A stretch of DNA of 64,000 bases from Verrucomicrobiota bacterium (GCA_027622665.1 JAQBYT010000001.1:416001-480000), one strand, 5' to 3'; positions 1 to 9,970 are shown, numbered from the stretch's first letter. The notes: generated by a model not told the origin, from the sequence alone. Translations and numbers: made by a program.

Positions 1-3000
1 GATGCGATTATCATGAGAACGGTAGGAAGTGGCTACACTGCGCCTCCGGTTGTGGATATTCGCGGAGGTTTCGGCGTGAACAGCGTACTTCTTGAGGCGC
101 ACGCCTCGTCGGGAGGATCCAATCTTTTGACTGAAGTACAGTTTTTTGCCGATGGCTTGAGCCAAGGAGGTCCCGTGGCCATACCTCCCTATATCGGGGA
201 ATGGTCTCCCGGCGAAGCCGGAATCCACCAAATTTGGGCCGTCGCCAGGGATGACAAGGGAAATGAAACGGTGTCCCCTGTATTGGAGGTAGACGTAACC
301 TACGTTGACCCCCCCGAGATTAAGTTTCTCTCTCATTGGAACTCTCTTGAAAACTCTCATGAGTACGCTCGAGATAACACCATCCACCTCACTGCCTTTG
401 CGGACGTACCGGAAGGCTTTATTCGTGATGTTGTCTTTCGCATAGACAACGGGAACGAAATTCAGGCCAATATGACCGGCAACCGACTATGGTCAGCCGA
501 GTACGTGGCCGACAGTGTCGGCATGCACAAAGTGGAAGCCTTGGCCACGGACGTTAATATGATCGAGACTCTGGTCGATTCGCCATCCTACCTCAAGGTT
601 ACGGCTGCTAACGGTTCTTTGTCCCCTGAGGTTTCAATTACTTATCCCGAGGCGAATGAAAGCATTACTTCCACTTCGCAAATCTTGCTTTCCGCTCAAG
701 CATCTGATCCCGACGGCAGGGTCGAAGGCGTCCAATTTTACGTAAATGGAGCGAATGGCTGGATAATTTCTAATGCCAACCCCTCCGCCGGTGATGCCAT
801 AAATGTTGTATACGACGACTTCAATGGTACTTGGACTTTCGGTGAGAATATTTCCATCGGCAGCACTTCTGAGGAAAGTCTAAGTAATTTGCATGCAGCC
901 ATTTCAGTCGCACCAGATACGCAGTTTGATCTAAGATTGGAAACTGACAATTTGGCATTCTGCTTCAAGGATACTTCCAAGGCTTCCATAACCGTTACCG
1001 CCGGGACTTCCTTGTTGGCAAAAGAGTTAAAGGAAAGCCTAAGGCCTACGGCGATCGTATCGCCCGTCGATTTCTCTTACAGTTCTTTTTGGCAACCTAA
1101 TAAACCTGGCTTCTTTGTAATACATAGTGTTGTACGAGACAATAGTGGTAATCGTGTTATGAGTGAACCCATTACGATTACTGCTACAACCGGCGGAGGT
1201 GTTCCACCGCAGGTTGATTTGCTTATACCTGCCCCAACTTGGTCGACCAATTCGACAATGGATGAAAATGGATCATTAATTGTCCACCCGGGTCAGCAAC
1301 TGTCAGTCTTGGCCGCGGTCAATTCTTCGGTGGGTATTCAGCAAGTAGATTTTTACCAAGACGGTGTCCTTATAGGAACCGATGCCAATAGGACTGATGG
1401 TCTTTATACTGCTGGCTTTCAATTACCTGCGACTTTTTCCGGCACTGCATTGTCTGGCTTATATGCAACGGCTAGGGATTTTAACGGAAATATTGGGACT
1501 AGCAAAATCAAGACTTTGAGTCTTCGGAATGAAGGCAGTTCTCTTCCCCCATTAATTTCTATTGTCCCTCTCGCTGATCCAAACGCGACCTTGACCTCCA
1601 CCTCGACCCTCCGCCTTTATGCAAATGCCTCGGATCCCGACGGTAGCGTTGAGGGCGTTCAATTTTACGTAAATGGAGCCAACGCGTGGATTCAGTTTCT
1701 ATCGAATCCCTTGCGGGAAGATGAGGTTGTTCTCAACGACGGCAAAGCTCCTGCCGATGTGACATTAACTTTTGGAGAAAATGTAACTATCGGAACAACC
1801 CTCAAGGATTCACGAAACAACTTGCATCTAGTATTATCCGAGAAGATAACGACGCTTAATCTCGGGCTTGAAGTTACGCGCTTTGATGATCACAGTTTGT
1901 TGCTTAACTTCGCAGATACGAATTCTGGTTCCCTTACGGTCAATGAAAGCGTTTCCTTGCGCGCTCAAATGCTCAAGGAGGTTCTGCGACCCTCGGCTGT
2001 ATATCACAATACTTTTCCTTACGTCGTGGATTGGACTCCCGGGCTCTCCGGTACTTACGTGATCAATGGCATAGTTCGCGACAACAGCGGCAATCGTACC
2101 ATGAGTGCTTCCTCAATCGTTAGATCGACCACCGGAAAAGGAAGTTTGCCCATAGTGGTCTTGGCTACTTTAAACGACGCTCATCTTATAAACGACTCCA
2201 TTTTCTTACAGGCGACGGTTACGGACGCCGAGAGTCCCAACACCAGTTTGGGTATTCAACAAGTTCTCTTTCTTGTGAATGGAGTTGAACAAAATGCCTC
2301 AGATTTACTTCCACCTTATTTTACCTTCTGGACTCCAACTCAACCGGGAATTTATGAAGTGGCGGCTTTTGCTAAAGATGACGATGGGAATGTCGCTTTT
2401 TCTAATATAGAGGAGGTTGTCGTATTCGCGGAAACCAGCGAGGTTTTAGCCTTCACTTCTTTAGGGCGCGTTCTTTCCGGAGGAGCAAAGAAGATTGTGA
2501 TCATCCCGAGTGGTGGTGGTGGTGGTAGTGGTGGTGGTGGTGGCAGTGGTGGCAGACGATCAGCCAACGGCGAAACGAAGATAGTGGGATTGAGCTCGAA
2601 GTTTCTTTCCGAACTTGTGCCGGGTCAGAAAATACGTTTTGTCAGCGGTTTGAAGGCCAGCGACATCTACACTGTGGCTCAGGTCGTTAATGATGCTGAA
2701 TTGGACATTCTGGAAACATTGAGCGATGCCGATTTCATTCTGCTGTCCAATCAATCCGATGTTCATGTAGTCGAAATTTATCGCGCCGGATCTTGGGTGT
2801 TTCTTGCCGTTGATCAAGACATGAACACAGCAAATATTGCCAATGTTAGATTTTACGTTGATGGAACTCTTGTGGCAACTGATACGACTTGGCCTTTTAG
2901 CTCTGGCTTTATTCCCGCGGATGATGGGAATTATTCAATTCGCGCGCTTTCTACAGATCGAAACGGAATTGAAAAGTTGGTAGAAAAACGAATTGAGGTG

Positions 3001-5151
3001 TTGCCTCAAGTCGGTGAATTGCCCGATGGAGCAAGGGCACTCTATCCGCAACTGGCTAGAAGGGGAGCGACTACTCGTGGTTCTAAACTTATTGCGGTTC
3101 CCGAAATAGTGGATTTGGACGACGGCTTAAACCGAGTGGAATTTTATCTTAACGGGAAATTTTATCACTTAGATGATAAAGAACCTTACTACTGCATTTT
3201 TTCTCCCGACTCCAGTACCTCTCTTTTCGAGACGGATCGTTTTTGGGAACTCACGATGGTGGCTGTCGACAACAGCGACAATAGAATATCGTTGACCGAA
3301 AGCGGTACTGTTCAAGGATCTGTGACACTGCCCCAGGCAGTCATGATCAGTCCTCTTCCGGAAACCGAATACACTGTTGGTCAACTCATGAACATTACGG
3401 TGCAGGTCCAAGGCGTAAACCTGCCTCGCGTAGTGGGGCCGAGCGCCGCCGCCGGAAACAATCCAAACGCAGCGCAACAAAAGCGACTGATGGCAATTTT
3501 TGCCAATGGTCAAGAAATCGGTTTGGCTAACGAAACTTCATTTGGTACGGGTCGCTTTACCTTTGACTGGAGCACGAAACAAGAAGTCGCGGGCAGCGAT
3601 GGCAAGGTAGATCTTTTTGGAGCTGTAGTCATGCAAAATGAAACTGTCGATGGTTTGATCTACACGCCTTCGATTGTTTCTGCTCCGGTAACGATTACAC
3701 TTAACAAAAGAAATCCTTTTGGAGACATGAAGTCAGCCGTAAGCCAGTTTTACAAAGATTTACTGTTATACGAACCTTCCGAACAAGAGGTGAAACAATC
3801 TTTAGATTATATTGGTAGTGGAGCTGATGGGGAATATGTTTTTGACGACACAGTGTTTTTGGAGTGGGCCTCAACTCTTTCCCAAAAACAAGCCTTCCAG
3901 GACCTTACGAATGCCGTGGGAGGTCACTACATCACTATGGGTTATTGGCCATCCAAAAACTCCATGGACGATGCCCTGCAAACTTATTCTGCCATTCCGA
4001 ATTACGGAAGAGATGGTAGTGGCGATGCAGATGGAGATGGCTATTCAGCGAATCAAGAAGCGATCTGGAGTACAAGCGATACGAACGTTACCAGTTTTCC
4101 CGAAAAGGGCTTTCGTTTTGGGTCCTATCTGGACACGACCTTTTACTCTCTTCCTTTTCTCCGTGCCCATGATCCGATAGGACCCTTTGACGGCTATGAT
4201 GAAGCAGAGAACGAGTTGAATCGCCGTGAGTTCGTTACGTTTTTATACGAAAAGAAGCACGATATCCCGCCAACGCTTCAACAGAAAATTCAAGGATCAT
4301 TCAGAATTCAAAGCCTTGACCCTATGACGGCGTGGAAAGTTAGGGAAGAGGAGAGGCAACGACAAGAACAGATTCAACAAATGCTGCAGCAACAATACTT
4401 GAATCAACAAGGGGGAGGAAATAATAACAACAACAGAAACAACAACAACAACACACCACAAGCCCCCATCACGCAACCGGAGCCCCCACCCGCCATACTG
4501 TACGGGAATAACGATGGTGCGATAAATTTTACCATGCACATGGTTTATGAGGAACCGATTACCAGTGGGAAGGCGAAGTTCGATTTGCTCTGGAATGCTC
4601 CGAAAAAACGATATGAATTTCAAACTGCCGCAGCAATGTTGGCACTTTGGCAGGACAATTTAGTGGACTTGGATCAGGCGGAAATCAATAAATATTCCAG
4701 CATGCCGATGGCTTCCCAAATACAAGCCATGATGAAGGACTATCGATATCGGTCCCGATTTGCCGGTATGTCGATTTCTAAAGAAGCCGAGGAGGTAGCT
4801 TCAAATGCACCTGATTGGAAATATCTGCCATGGCTTGGTTATTATACCGATCGTAGTTTCCCTTGGATCTATCACATCGGCGACGAAAAGAGCACGAATG
4901 GATTGGGCTGGGTTTACGTTCAGGCACCCACCTCGAAAGAGGCATGGTTTTATATTTCAGGTATTGGTTGGATGTGGTCGTCAGAATCCATATGGAAGAG
5001 CTTGTCCACGTACAAGCCAACGGCAAATGAGACATGGTCACTGTTGCCTCTTTACGATTCCAGTGCCGGAAATTGGGTGGCGTATGTTCTTGGCTCTTCC
5101 TCCGGTCGCCTGTTTTACGATTACGCGCAGCAGAAGTTCATCGAAAGATGA
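1..5151 (+). CDS. Giant surface protein with bacterial Ig-like repeats (5'-partial)
   Basis: Frame is open from base 1 (DAII-MRTVGSGYT). Repeated A-SDPDG-V--VQFYVNG / A-A-D--GN Ig-like modules, DGDG Ca-binding-like motif, DUF4214-like helical segments, Trp-rich C-terminal domain. Confidence 0.85.
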   Translation, partial: DAIIMRTVGSGYTAPPVVDIRGGFGVNSVLLEAHASSGGSNLLTEVQFFADGLSQGGPVAIPPYIGEWSPGEAGIHQIWAVARDDKGNETVSPVLEVDVTYVDPPEIKFLSHWNSLENSHEYARDNTIHLTAFADVPEGFIRDVVFRIDNGNEIQANMTGNRLWSAEYVADSVGMHKVEALATDVNMIETLVDSPSYLKVTAANGSLSPEVSITYPEANESITSTSQILLSAQASDPDGRVEGVQFYVNGANGWIISNANPSAGDAINVVYDDFNGTWTFGENISIGSTSEESLSNLHAAISVAPDTQFDLRLETDNLAFCFKDTSKASITVTAGTSLLAKELKESLRPTAIVSPVDFSYSSFWQPNKPGFFVIHSVVRDNSGNRVMSEPITITATTGGGVPPQVDLLIPAPTWSTNSTMDENGSLIVHPGQQLSVLAAVNSSVGIQQVDFYQDGVLIGTDANRTDGLYTAGFQLPATFSGTALSGLYATARDFNGNIGTSKIKTLSLRNEGSSLPPLISIVPLADPNATLTSTSTLRLYANASDPDGSVEGVQFYVNGANAWIQFLSNPLREDEVVLNDGKAPADVTLTFGENVTIGTTLKDSRNNLHLVLSEKITTLNLGLEVTRFDDHSLLLNFADTNSGSLTVNESVSLRAQMLKEVLRPSAVYHNTFPYVVDWTPGLSGTYVINGIVRDNSGNRTMSASSIVRSTTGKGSLPIVVLATLNDAHLINDSIFLQATVTDAESPNTSLGIQQVLFLVNGVEQNASDLLPPYFTFWTPTQPGIYEVAAFAKDDDGNVAFSNIEEVVVFAETSEVLAFTSLGRVLSGGAKKIVIIPSGGGGGSGGGGGSGGRRSANGETKIVGLSSKFLSELVPGQKIRFVSGLKASDIYTVAQVVNDAELDILETLSDADFILLSNQSDVHVVEIYRAGSWVFLAVDQDMNTANIANVRFYVDGTLVATDTTWPFSSGFIPADDGNYSIRALSTDRNGIEKLVEKRIEVLPQVGELPDGARALYPQLARRGATTRGSKLIAVPEIVDLDDGLNRVEFYLNGKFYHLDDKEPYYCIFSPDSSTSLFETDRFWELTMVAVDNSDNRISLTESGTVQGSVTLPQAVMISPLPETEYTVGQLMNITVQVQGVNLPRVVGPSAAAGNNPNAAQQKRLMAIFANGQEIGLANETSFGTGRFTFDWSTKQEVAGSDGKVDLFGAVVMQNETVDGLIYTPSIVSAPVTITLNKRNPFGDMKSAVSQFYKDLLLYEPSEQEVKQSLDYIGSGADGEYVFDDTVFLEWASTLSQKQAFQDLTNAVGGHYITMGYWPSKNSMDDALQTYSAIPNYGRDGSGDADGDGYSANQEAIWSTSDTNVTSFPEKGFRFGSYLDTTFYSLPFLRAHDPIGPFDGYDEAENELNRREFVTFLYEKKHDIPPTLQQKIQGSFRIQSLDPMTAWKVREEERQRQEQIQQMLQQQYLNQQGGGNNNNNRNNNNNTPQAPITQPEPPPAILYGNNDGAINFTMHMVYEEPITSGKAKFDLLWNAPKKRYEFQTAAAMLALWQDNLVDLDQAEINKYSSMPMASQIQAMMKDYRYRSRFAGMSISKEAEEVASNAPDWKYLPWLGYYTDRSFPWIYHIGDEKSTNGLGWVYVQAPTSKEAWFYISGIGWMWSSESIWKSLSTYKPTANETWSLLPLYDSSAGNWVAYVLGSSSGRLFYDYAQQKFIER

Positions 5152-5173
5152 TCTGCAAGCTTTACGCAACAGC

Positions 5174-6307
5174 GTGAGGCTGCTCCATGTCGTTCATTCC
5201 TGCAATCCTTTGGCCGGAGGGGTAGCTGAAGCAGTTAACCGATTGGCGGAGGCCGCCATAGAGGCTGATCATGAAGCTGAAATTGCTAGCTGCGATCAGC
5301 CCTCTGCTTCTTTTCTCGAAGAACTAGACGTTCAAGCGAGAGGATTTGGTCCTGCATCGGATTCCAGTTACCACTCTTGTCCCGCCCTTGGCGGTTGGCT
5401 TATGGAAAACGCCGCCAGTTTTGATGCACTTGTATCCCATGGCTTGTGGCAGTACCCAAGTGTAACTGTTCGAAAGGCTGCTCGCAGTGCAGGCAAGCCG
5501 TACTTCGTCTATCCGCATGGAATGCTAGACCCTTGGTTCAAGCGCCAATATCCATGGAAACATATAAAAAAAAGTTTTTTTTGGTGGTACCGACAAGCCC
5601 GCATTTTGCGTGACGCCAAGGCAGTATGCTTTACCACCGATGAGGAGCGTCGATTGGCTCGTGGAACATTTCGCCCGTATAAGTGCAACGAGGTCGTAAC
5701 GGGCTTGGGTGTGGCCGAACCGCCTCCGGATGCAGATGCTCAAACACATGCTTTTAATGAGAAATTCCCATGCTTGCGAAACAAGAGAACCTTGCTTTTC
5801 CTTGGCCGTATCCATCGCAAGAAAGGAATCGACCTTCTTCTCCAAGCATTCGAAGAATTGTCGACGGCGGATGATCACCTTGTCGTAGCCGGACCAAAAG
5901 AAGATGGTTCTTTTGCGGAAGCACTTACCCGCGCATCAGGTAAATTCGCCGATCGAATCACTTGGGCGGGTATGATTCGAGGCGATCTAAAGTGGGGTGC
6001 CTTGCGAGTAGCCGATGCCCTGATTCTGCCTTCCCACCAGGAAAACTTCGGTATGGTTGTCGCCGAAGCTCTTGCCGTAGGAACTCCGGTGCTGATAACC
6101 GACAAAGTTAACCTTTGGAGAGAGGTGGAAGATGATCGAGCCGGAAAAATTTCCACAGACGATCTTTCGGGCATTCGATCCTTGATGCGGGAATGGAAGA
6201 ACCCTTCTTTTTATAAGCTTACTCCCAACGCACGACCCTGTTTCGAGAAGCGCTTTAAGATTGAATCTGCTGCAGTGAATTTAGCGAATTTAATCGAGGA
6301 CTTTTAG
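5174..6307 (+). CDS. Glycosyltransferase family 4
   Basis: FLGRIHRKKGID and PSHQENFGMVVAEALAVGTPV GT-B motifs. Start reassigned to GTG 5174 (VRLLHVV) because the longer ORF overlaps the upstream gene. Confidence 0.9.
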   Translation: MRLLHVVHSCNPLAGGVAEAVNRLAEAAIEADHEAEIASCDQPSASFLEELDVQARGFGPASDSSYHSCPALGGWLMENAASFDALVSHGLWQYPSVTVRKAARSAGKPYFVYPHGMLDPWFKRQYPWKHIKKSFFWWYRQARILRDAKAVCFTTDEERRLARGTFRPYKCNEVVTGLGVAEPPPDADAQTHAFNEKFPCLRNKRTLLFLGRIHRKKGIDLLLQAFEELSTADDHLVVAGPKEDGSFAEALTRASGKFADRITWAGMIRGDLKWGALRVADALILPSHQENFGMVVAEALAVGTPVLITDKVNLWREVEDDRAGKISTDDLSGIRSLMREWKNPSFYKLTPNARPCFEKRFKIESAAVNLANLIEDF

Positions 6308-6335
6308 AAAAGGGCTTTCCATGCTCGGCACGGAG

Positions 6336-6890
6336 TCACTCTAGGTCGTCGCTCTCTCTACCTTCACCCATCTTGCCGTCTGGTCCCAGAGAAAAGAGTC
6401 GGAACCCCGCAAGGCCATCCTTCCGAGGAAATTGGTACATATAGTTGTTTCCCCATGGGTCGCAGAATGCAACGTCTTGGCTTAAGGCAAAGGAGATAAG
6501 AGCAATAGAATTTTCACTGTCCGACGGATCTATTCCTTCCAGTTCCGTTGCTTCCATATCCATCGGACCATAATAAAAGTTTGTTGGGTTAACCAACGAT
6601 GGTGAAGGAGGAATCTGTAGCCCATTTTCGTTGTGGTATCCCATAAGAGAAAGAAACAAGCATTCGCCAGTCGAACAAATTTTTGCGGGGCAATTCGGAA
6701 AGTCCCCCCGTTCCGCCTTAAATTCCTCGATAGCCATACGTAGAACTGTCAATTCGGATTTTGCATTTTTCTCGTCAATTGAATCGAGTACATAACTCGT
6801 AATGGGGAATGCTATACTCATGAGAATTCCAATAAGTGCAATGACTGAGAATAACTCCAGCAAGGTGAACCCCTTTTCTTTTTTATCCAT
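6336..6890 (-). CDS. Type II secretion pseudopilin-like (GspG-like) protein
   Basis: Prepilin cleavage/N-methylation motif KGFTLLEL plus hydrophobic helix; C-terminal DPWGNNY...SLGPDG GspG-type motif. Confidence 0.8.
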   Translation of the reverse strand: MDKKEKGFTLLELFSVIALIGILMSIAFPITSYVLDSIDEKNAKSELTVLRMAIEEFKAERGDFPNCPAKICSTGECLFLSLMGYHNENGLQIPPSPSLVNPTNFYYGPMDMEATELEGIDPSDSENSIALISFALSQDVAFCDPWGNNYMYQFPRKDGLAGFRLFSLGPDGKMGEGRESDDLE

Positions 6891-6961
6891 CCTCAAGTCG
6901 AAAGAATCATGTTATTTCCATACCACCTTGACTTTGTTTCCGAAAGCTGAAAAATAATTTC

Positions 6962-7219
6962 ATGAAACTAATGTTGCGACTAACCTTTTGCGTACTATCC
7001 CTTTTCTTTTTTAGCTGTATAGAGGAAGGCAGTTCCGAAGATAAGAGTGTTCCTGAAGTGAACCCTAAAGGGAAAAAGTTTTTGGTGAAAGCAAAACAGT
7101 ATTCGCGGGAAGATTTTCTTGCACACAAATCTGCAGATAAAGCGGCTAAAGGAAATGCGAGCGGTGGTTCCTCTACAGTCAGTACCGGGACTAACATGCC
7201 TACGAATCCCCCTGAGTGA
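6962..7219 (+). CDS. Small putative lipoprotein
   Basis: Basic N-terminus, hydrophobic stretch and FFSC lipobox-like Cys; fills the intergenic gap. Confidence 0.55.
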   Translation: MKLMLRLTFCVLSLFFFSCIEEGSSEDKSVPEVNPKGKKFLVKAKQYSREDFLAHKSADKAAKGNASGGSSTVSTGTNMPTNPPE

Positions 7220-7371
7220 TGCTATTAAATCACCCTACTTTAGTGCCAAAAAACTAGATCTCAGGAAAATTTACCTTCTTTTTTGTTTTTGCAATAATTT
7301 CTTAATACCTTTTCACATGCCGGTATTCATTCGGCTAAAAATTATATTTTAGTTGGTCCAATTGAACCAAG

Positions 7372-8499
7372 GTGAAAATAACTCTTCTTCAGGGTGCATT
7401 TTTGCCTATTCCTCCTCTACGAGGCGGAGCTATTGAGAAGGCGTGGTTTAGGCTGGGTAAGTCTTTTGCCCGAGAGGGTCATGAAGTAACTCATGTTTCT
7501 CGCTTGTGTGATGGCTTGCCTATAAATGAGGCTATTGAAGGCGTAAACCATGTGAGGATTCGAGGATTCGAGGCGACGTGCTCGTCCTTTTTGCTCAAAT
7601 GGAGAGATTTCCGTTATGTTTTACGGGCTCGAAGAGCCTTGCCGCCTGCCGACATTCTTGTAACGAATGCATTCTGGGCACCTCTCTTGGTTCGGGATTC
7701 ATCCCTTGGGGCTCAGTACGTCCATGTGGGGCGATACCCAAAAGGGCAAATGAAACTTTATGGGAGGGCGAAGCGCCTGCAGGCACCCTCGGAAGCAATC
7801 GCTGCGGCGATTCAATGCGAGGTTCCTTCGAAGGCGGATATAGTGAAGACAATACCGTATCCGCTTTCATGGGATTTGGTAGAACCTGTCCCGACACGCT
7901 CAAGTCGAGAGCAAACGATTCTCTACCTGGGTCGAATTCATCCCGAGAAGGGTTTGTGCGAATTGGTGAAGGCCTTTGCTGGTTTACCCGAAGAGCTACG
8001 GCGGCAATGGCGACTTGATGTTCGTGGACCCTGGAAAGCGAGTGAGGGTGGGGGAGGGAGAGATTTTTTGGAAAACCTAAAAAATTTGGTTGGGCCGGCA
8101 AAAGAAGCAATTCGCTTTCTGGACCCGGTTTTCGATGACGTTAAATTGCGTGAGGAGTTAGGTCGCGCCAGTTTGTTTATCTACCCTTCGATGGCTGAGC
8201 GAGGAGAGACGTTCGGTTTGGCGGCTCTCGAGGCAATGAGTTGCGGATGCCCCCCCTTGGTCTCCGGATTGGACTGCTTCCGAGACTTTGTTCAGGATGG
8301 CAGCACGGGATTCGTTTTCGATCATCGAGGAGGTGATGCCGTTGCTAACCTGAGCGCCAAAATGATCGAAGTCCTAAGTAAGCCCGAAAGGCTATCCCTC
8401 ATAGGAAACGCTGCCTATGGGCAGGCGCAAAACTTTACATTGGATAGGGTCTCAAAACGGTTTCTGGACGATTTTTCGAGCATTCTTCCTGCTTCTTAA
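7372..8499 (+). CDS. Glycosyltransferase family 4
   Basis: YLGRIHPEKG and ETFGLAALEAMSCGCP motifs. Confidence 0.9.
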   Translation: MKITLLQGAFLPIPPLRGGAIEKAWFRLGKSFAREGHEVTHVSRLCDGLPINEAIEGVNHVRIRGFEATCSSFLLKWRDFRYVLRARRALPPADILVTNAFWAPLLVRDSSLGAQYVHVGRYPKGQMKLYGRAKRLQAPSEAIAAAIQCEVPSKADIVKTIPYPLSWDLVEPVPTRSSREQTILYLGRIHPEKGLCELVKAFAGLPEELRRQWRLDVRGPWKASEGGGGRDFLENLKNLVGPAKEAIRFLDPVFDDVKLREELGRASLFIYPSMAERGETFGLAALEAMSCGCPPLVSGLDCFRDFVQDGSTGFVFDHRGGDAVANLSAKMIEVLSKPERLSLIGNAAYGQAQNFTLDRVSKRFLDDFSSILPAS

Positions 8500-8576
8500 T
8501 ATTGTGTTTGGCCAGTAAACCGCTTGCACTCCACGCAACCTCGCCTTTGTTTTGATTTTTCTATAAACAATATAAA

Positions 8577-9125
8577 ATGCTCATGAACTTAAAATGCCGC
8601 TATCTTTCCATCATTGCCATAACGGTTAGTCTTGCCCTGCTGCCCGGGGTATCTACTGCCAAGTCCAAGGGCGAAAAGGCATCAAAAGTTTTTTTGCCCG
8701 ATGAGTTGTTGGATGCTGCGGGGAAAGCCGTTTCCGGGGACACTCTATCCGGAAAGTACGTGGGACTATATTTTTCCGCCAGTTGGTGCCCGCCTTGCCG
8801 AACCTTTACTCCAAAACTTGTGGAATTCCACAAAGCCAACAAGGAAAAGTTCGAAGTGCTGCTCGTGAGCGCGGATAATTCCGAGAAGGCCCAAGCCAAC
8901 TATATGAAGAAGTATATGATGCCTTGGCTAGCGGTAAAGCATCAGTCAATAGCTGCAAATTTACTAGTTAAGAAGATGGAAGTCAGCGGTATTCCCTTCC
9001 TTGTGATTTTGGGCCCTGACGGCTCTGTTGTGACCAAGGATGGTCGAGACGATGTAAATAGTATGGGCAACAAAGCTTTATTAAAATGGAAGAGCACCCA
9101 AGACGAGAAGCTTGGCCTGAAGTAG
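8577..9125 (+). CDS. Exported nucleoredoxin/tryparedoxin-like thioredoxin
   Basis: Signal peptide; GLYFSASWCPPCRTFTP, MPWLAV and GIPFLVI motifs. Confidence 0.85.
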   Translation: MLMNLKCRYLSIIAITVSLALLPGVSTAKSKGEKASKVFLPDELLDAAGKAVSGDTLSGKYVGLYFSASWCPPCRTFTPKLVEFHKANKEKFEVLLVSADNSEKAQANYMKKYMMPWLAVKHQSIAANLLVKKMEVSGIPFLVILGPDGSVVTKDGRDDVNSMGNKALLKWKSTQDEKLGLK

Positions 9126-9129
9126 CTGG

Positions 9130-9145
9130 GCGAACAAAGGTTCGC
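9130..9145. terminator. Short hairpin between convergent genes
   Basis: GCGAAC-AAAG-GTTCGC perfect 6-bp stem between the thioredoxin-like gene and hisF; no clear U-tract. Confidence 0.3.
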
Positions 9146-9161
9146 AAGAGTTAGAAAGGCA

Positions 9162-9932
9162 TTAAAGTCTAGCGGGGATACCTGCTTTGGCGAGTGCTTG
9201 CTTGGCTTCCAAAACAGTGTACTCTCCGAAGTGAAAGATACTGGCGGCCAGCACAGCCGATGCCTTACCGTCCCGTATGCCCTCCACGAGGTGACTTAAC
9301 TTTCCCACACCTCCGGAGGCAATGACCGGAACTTCCACTGCATCGCTTACGGCCCGAGTGAGCTTTAGGTCAAAGCCGATCTTGGTGCCGTCCCGGTCCA
9401 TGCTCGTAAGAAGAATTTCGCCGGCTCCCCGAGCGACTACTTCGCGAGCCCATTCCACCGCATCCAAATCTGTCGGTTTCCGTCCGCCGTGTGTGTATAC
9501 GCGCCAACTGGTGCCGTCGGGTTCGGCTTTGGCGTCGATTGCAACGACGATGCACTGGTTGCCAAATTTGGCGGCGGCGGCTTGAACTAGCTTTGGATCT
9601 ACAATTGCAGCGGTATTGAGGCTGACTTTATCCGCACCCGAAAGCAGCATTTGGCGGATATCCTCCACTGACCGTAGGCCGCCTCCCACCGTGAGCGGCA
9701 TGAAACAAGTCGAGGCCGTGCGTTCCACAACATCTCGCATAATGTTTCGCTCATCGCTGGAGGCCGTGATATCCAAGAATACCAATTCGTCGGCTCCTTG
9801 CTCCTCATAGGCTTGTGCTACGGATACGGGATCCCCGGCGTCACGCAGTTCCTTGAAGCGTATGCCTTTAACTACTCTTCCTTCGTCTACGTCGAGGCAT
9901 GGGATGACTCGTGCGGAGAGCATGTGTGGCAA
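9162..9932 (-). CDS. hisF: Imidazole glycerol phosphate synthase cyclase subunit
   Basis: [53 protein letters not shown]. Confidence 0.97.
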   Translation of the reverse strand: MPHMLSARVIPCLDVDEGRVVKGIRFKELRDAGDPVSVAQAYEEQGADELVFLDITASSDERNIMRDVVERTASTCFMPLTVGGGLRSVEDIRQMLLSGADKVSLNTAAIVDPKLVQAAAAKFGNQCIVVAIDAKAEPDGTSWRVYTHGGRKPTDLDAVEWAREVVARGAGEILLTSMDRDGTKIGFDLKLTRAVSDAVEVPVIASGGVGKLSHLVEGIRDGKASAVLAASIFHFGEYTVLEAKQALAKAGIPARL

Positions 9933-9970
9933 ATAATTTCCGGAATATGAAAGAGAAGTTGCCGATGAAA

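Noticed and set aside
4805..5173. 123-codon N-terminal extension of the first GT4 ORF
   Set aside because: Overlaps the giant protein in another frame; the GT4 fold starts at VRLLHVV.
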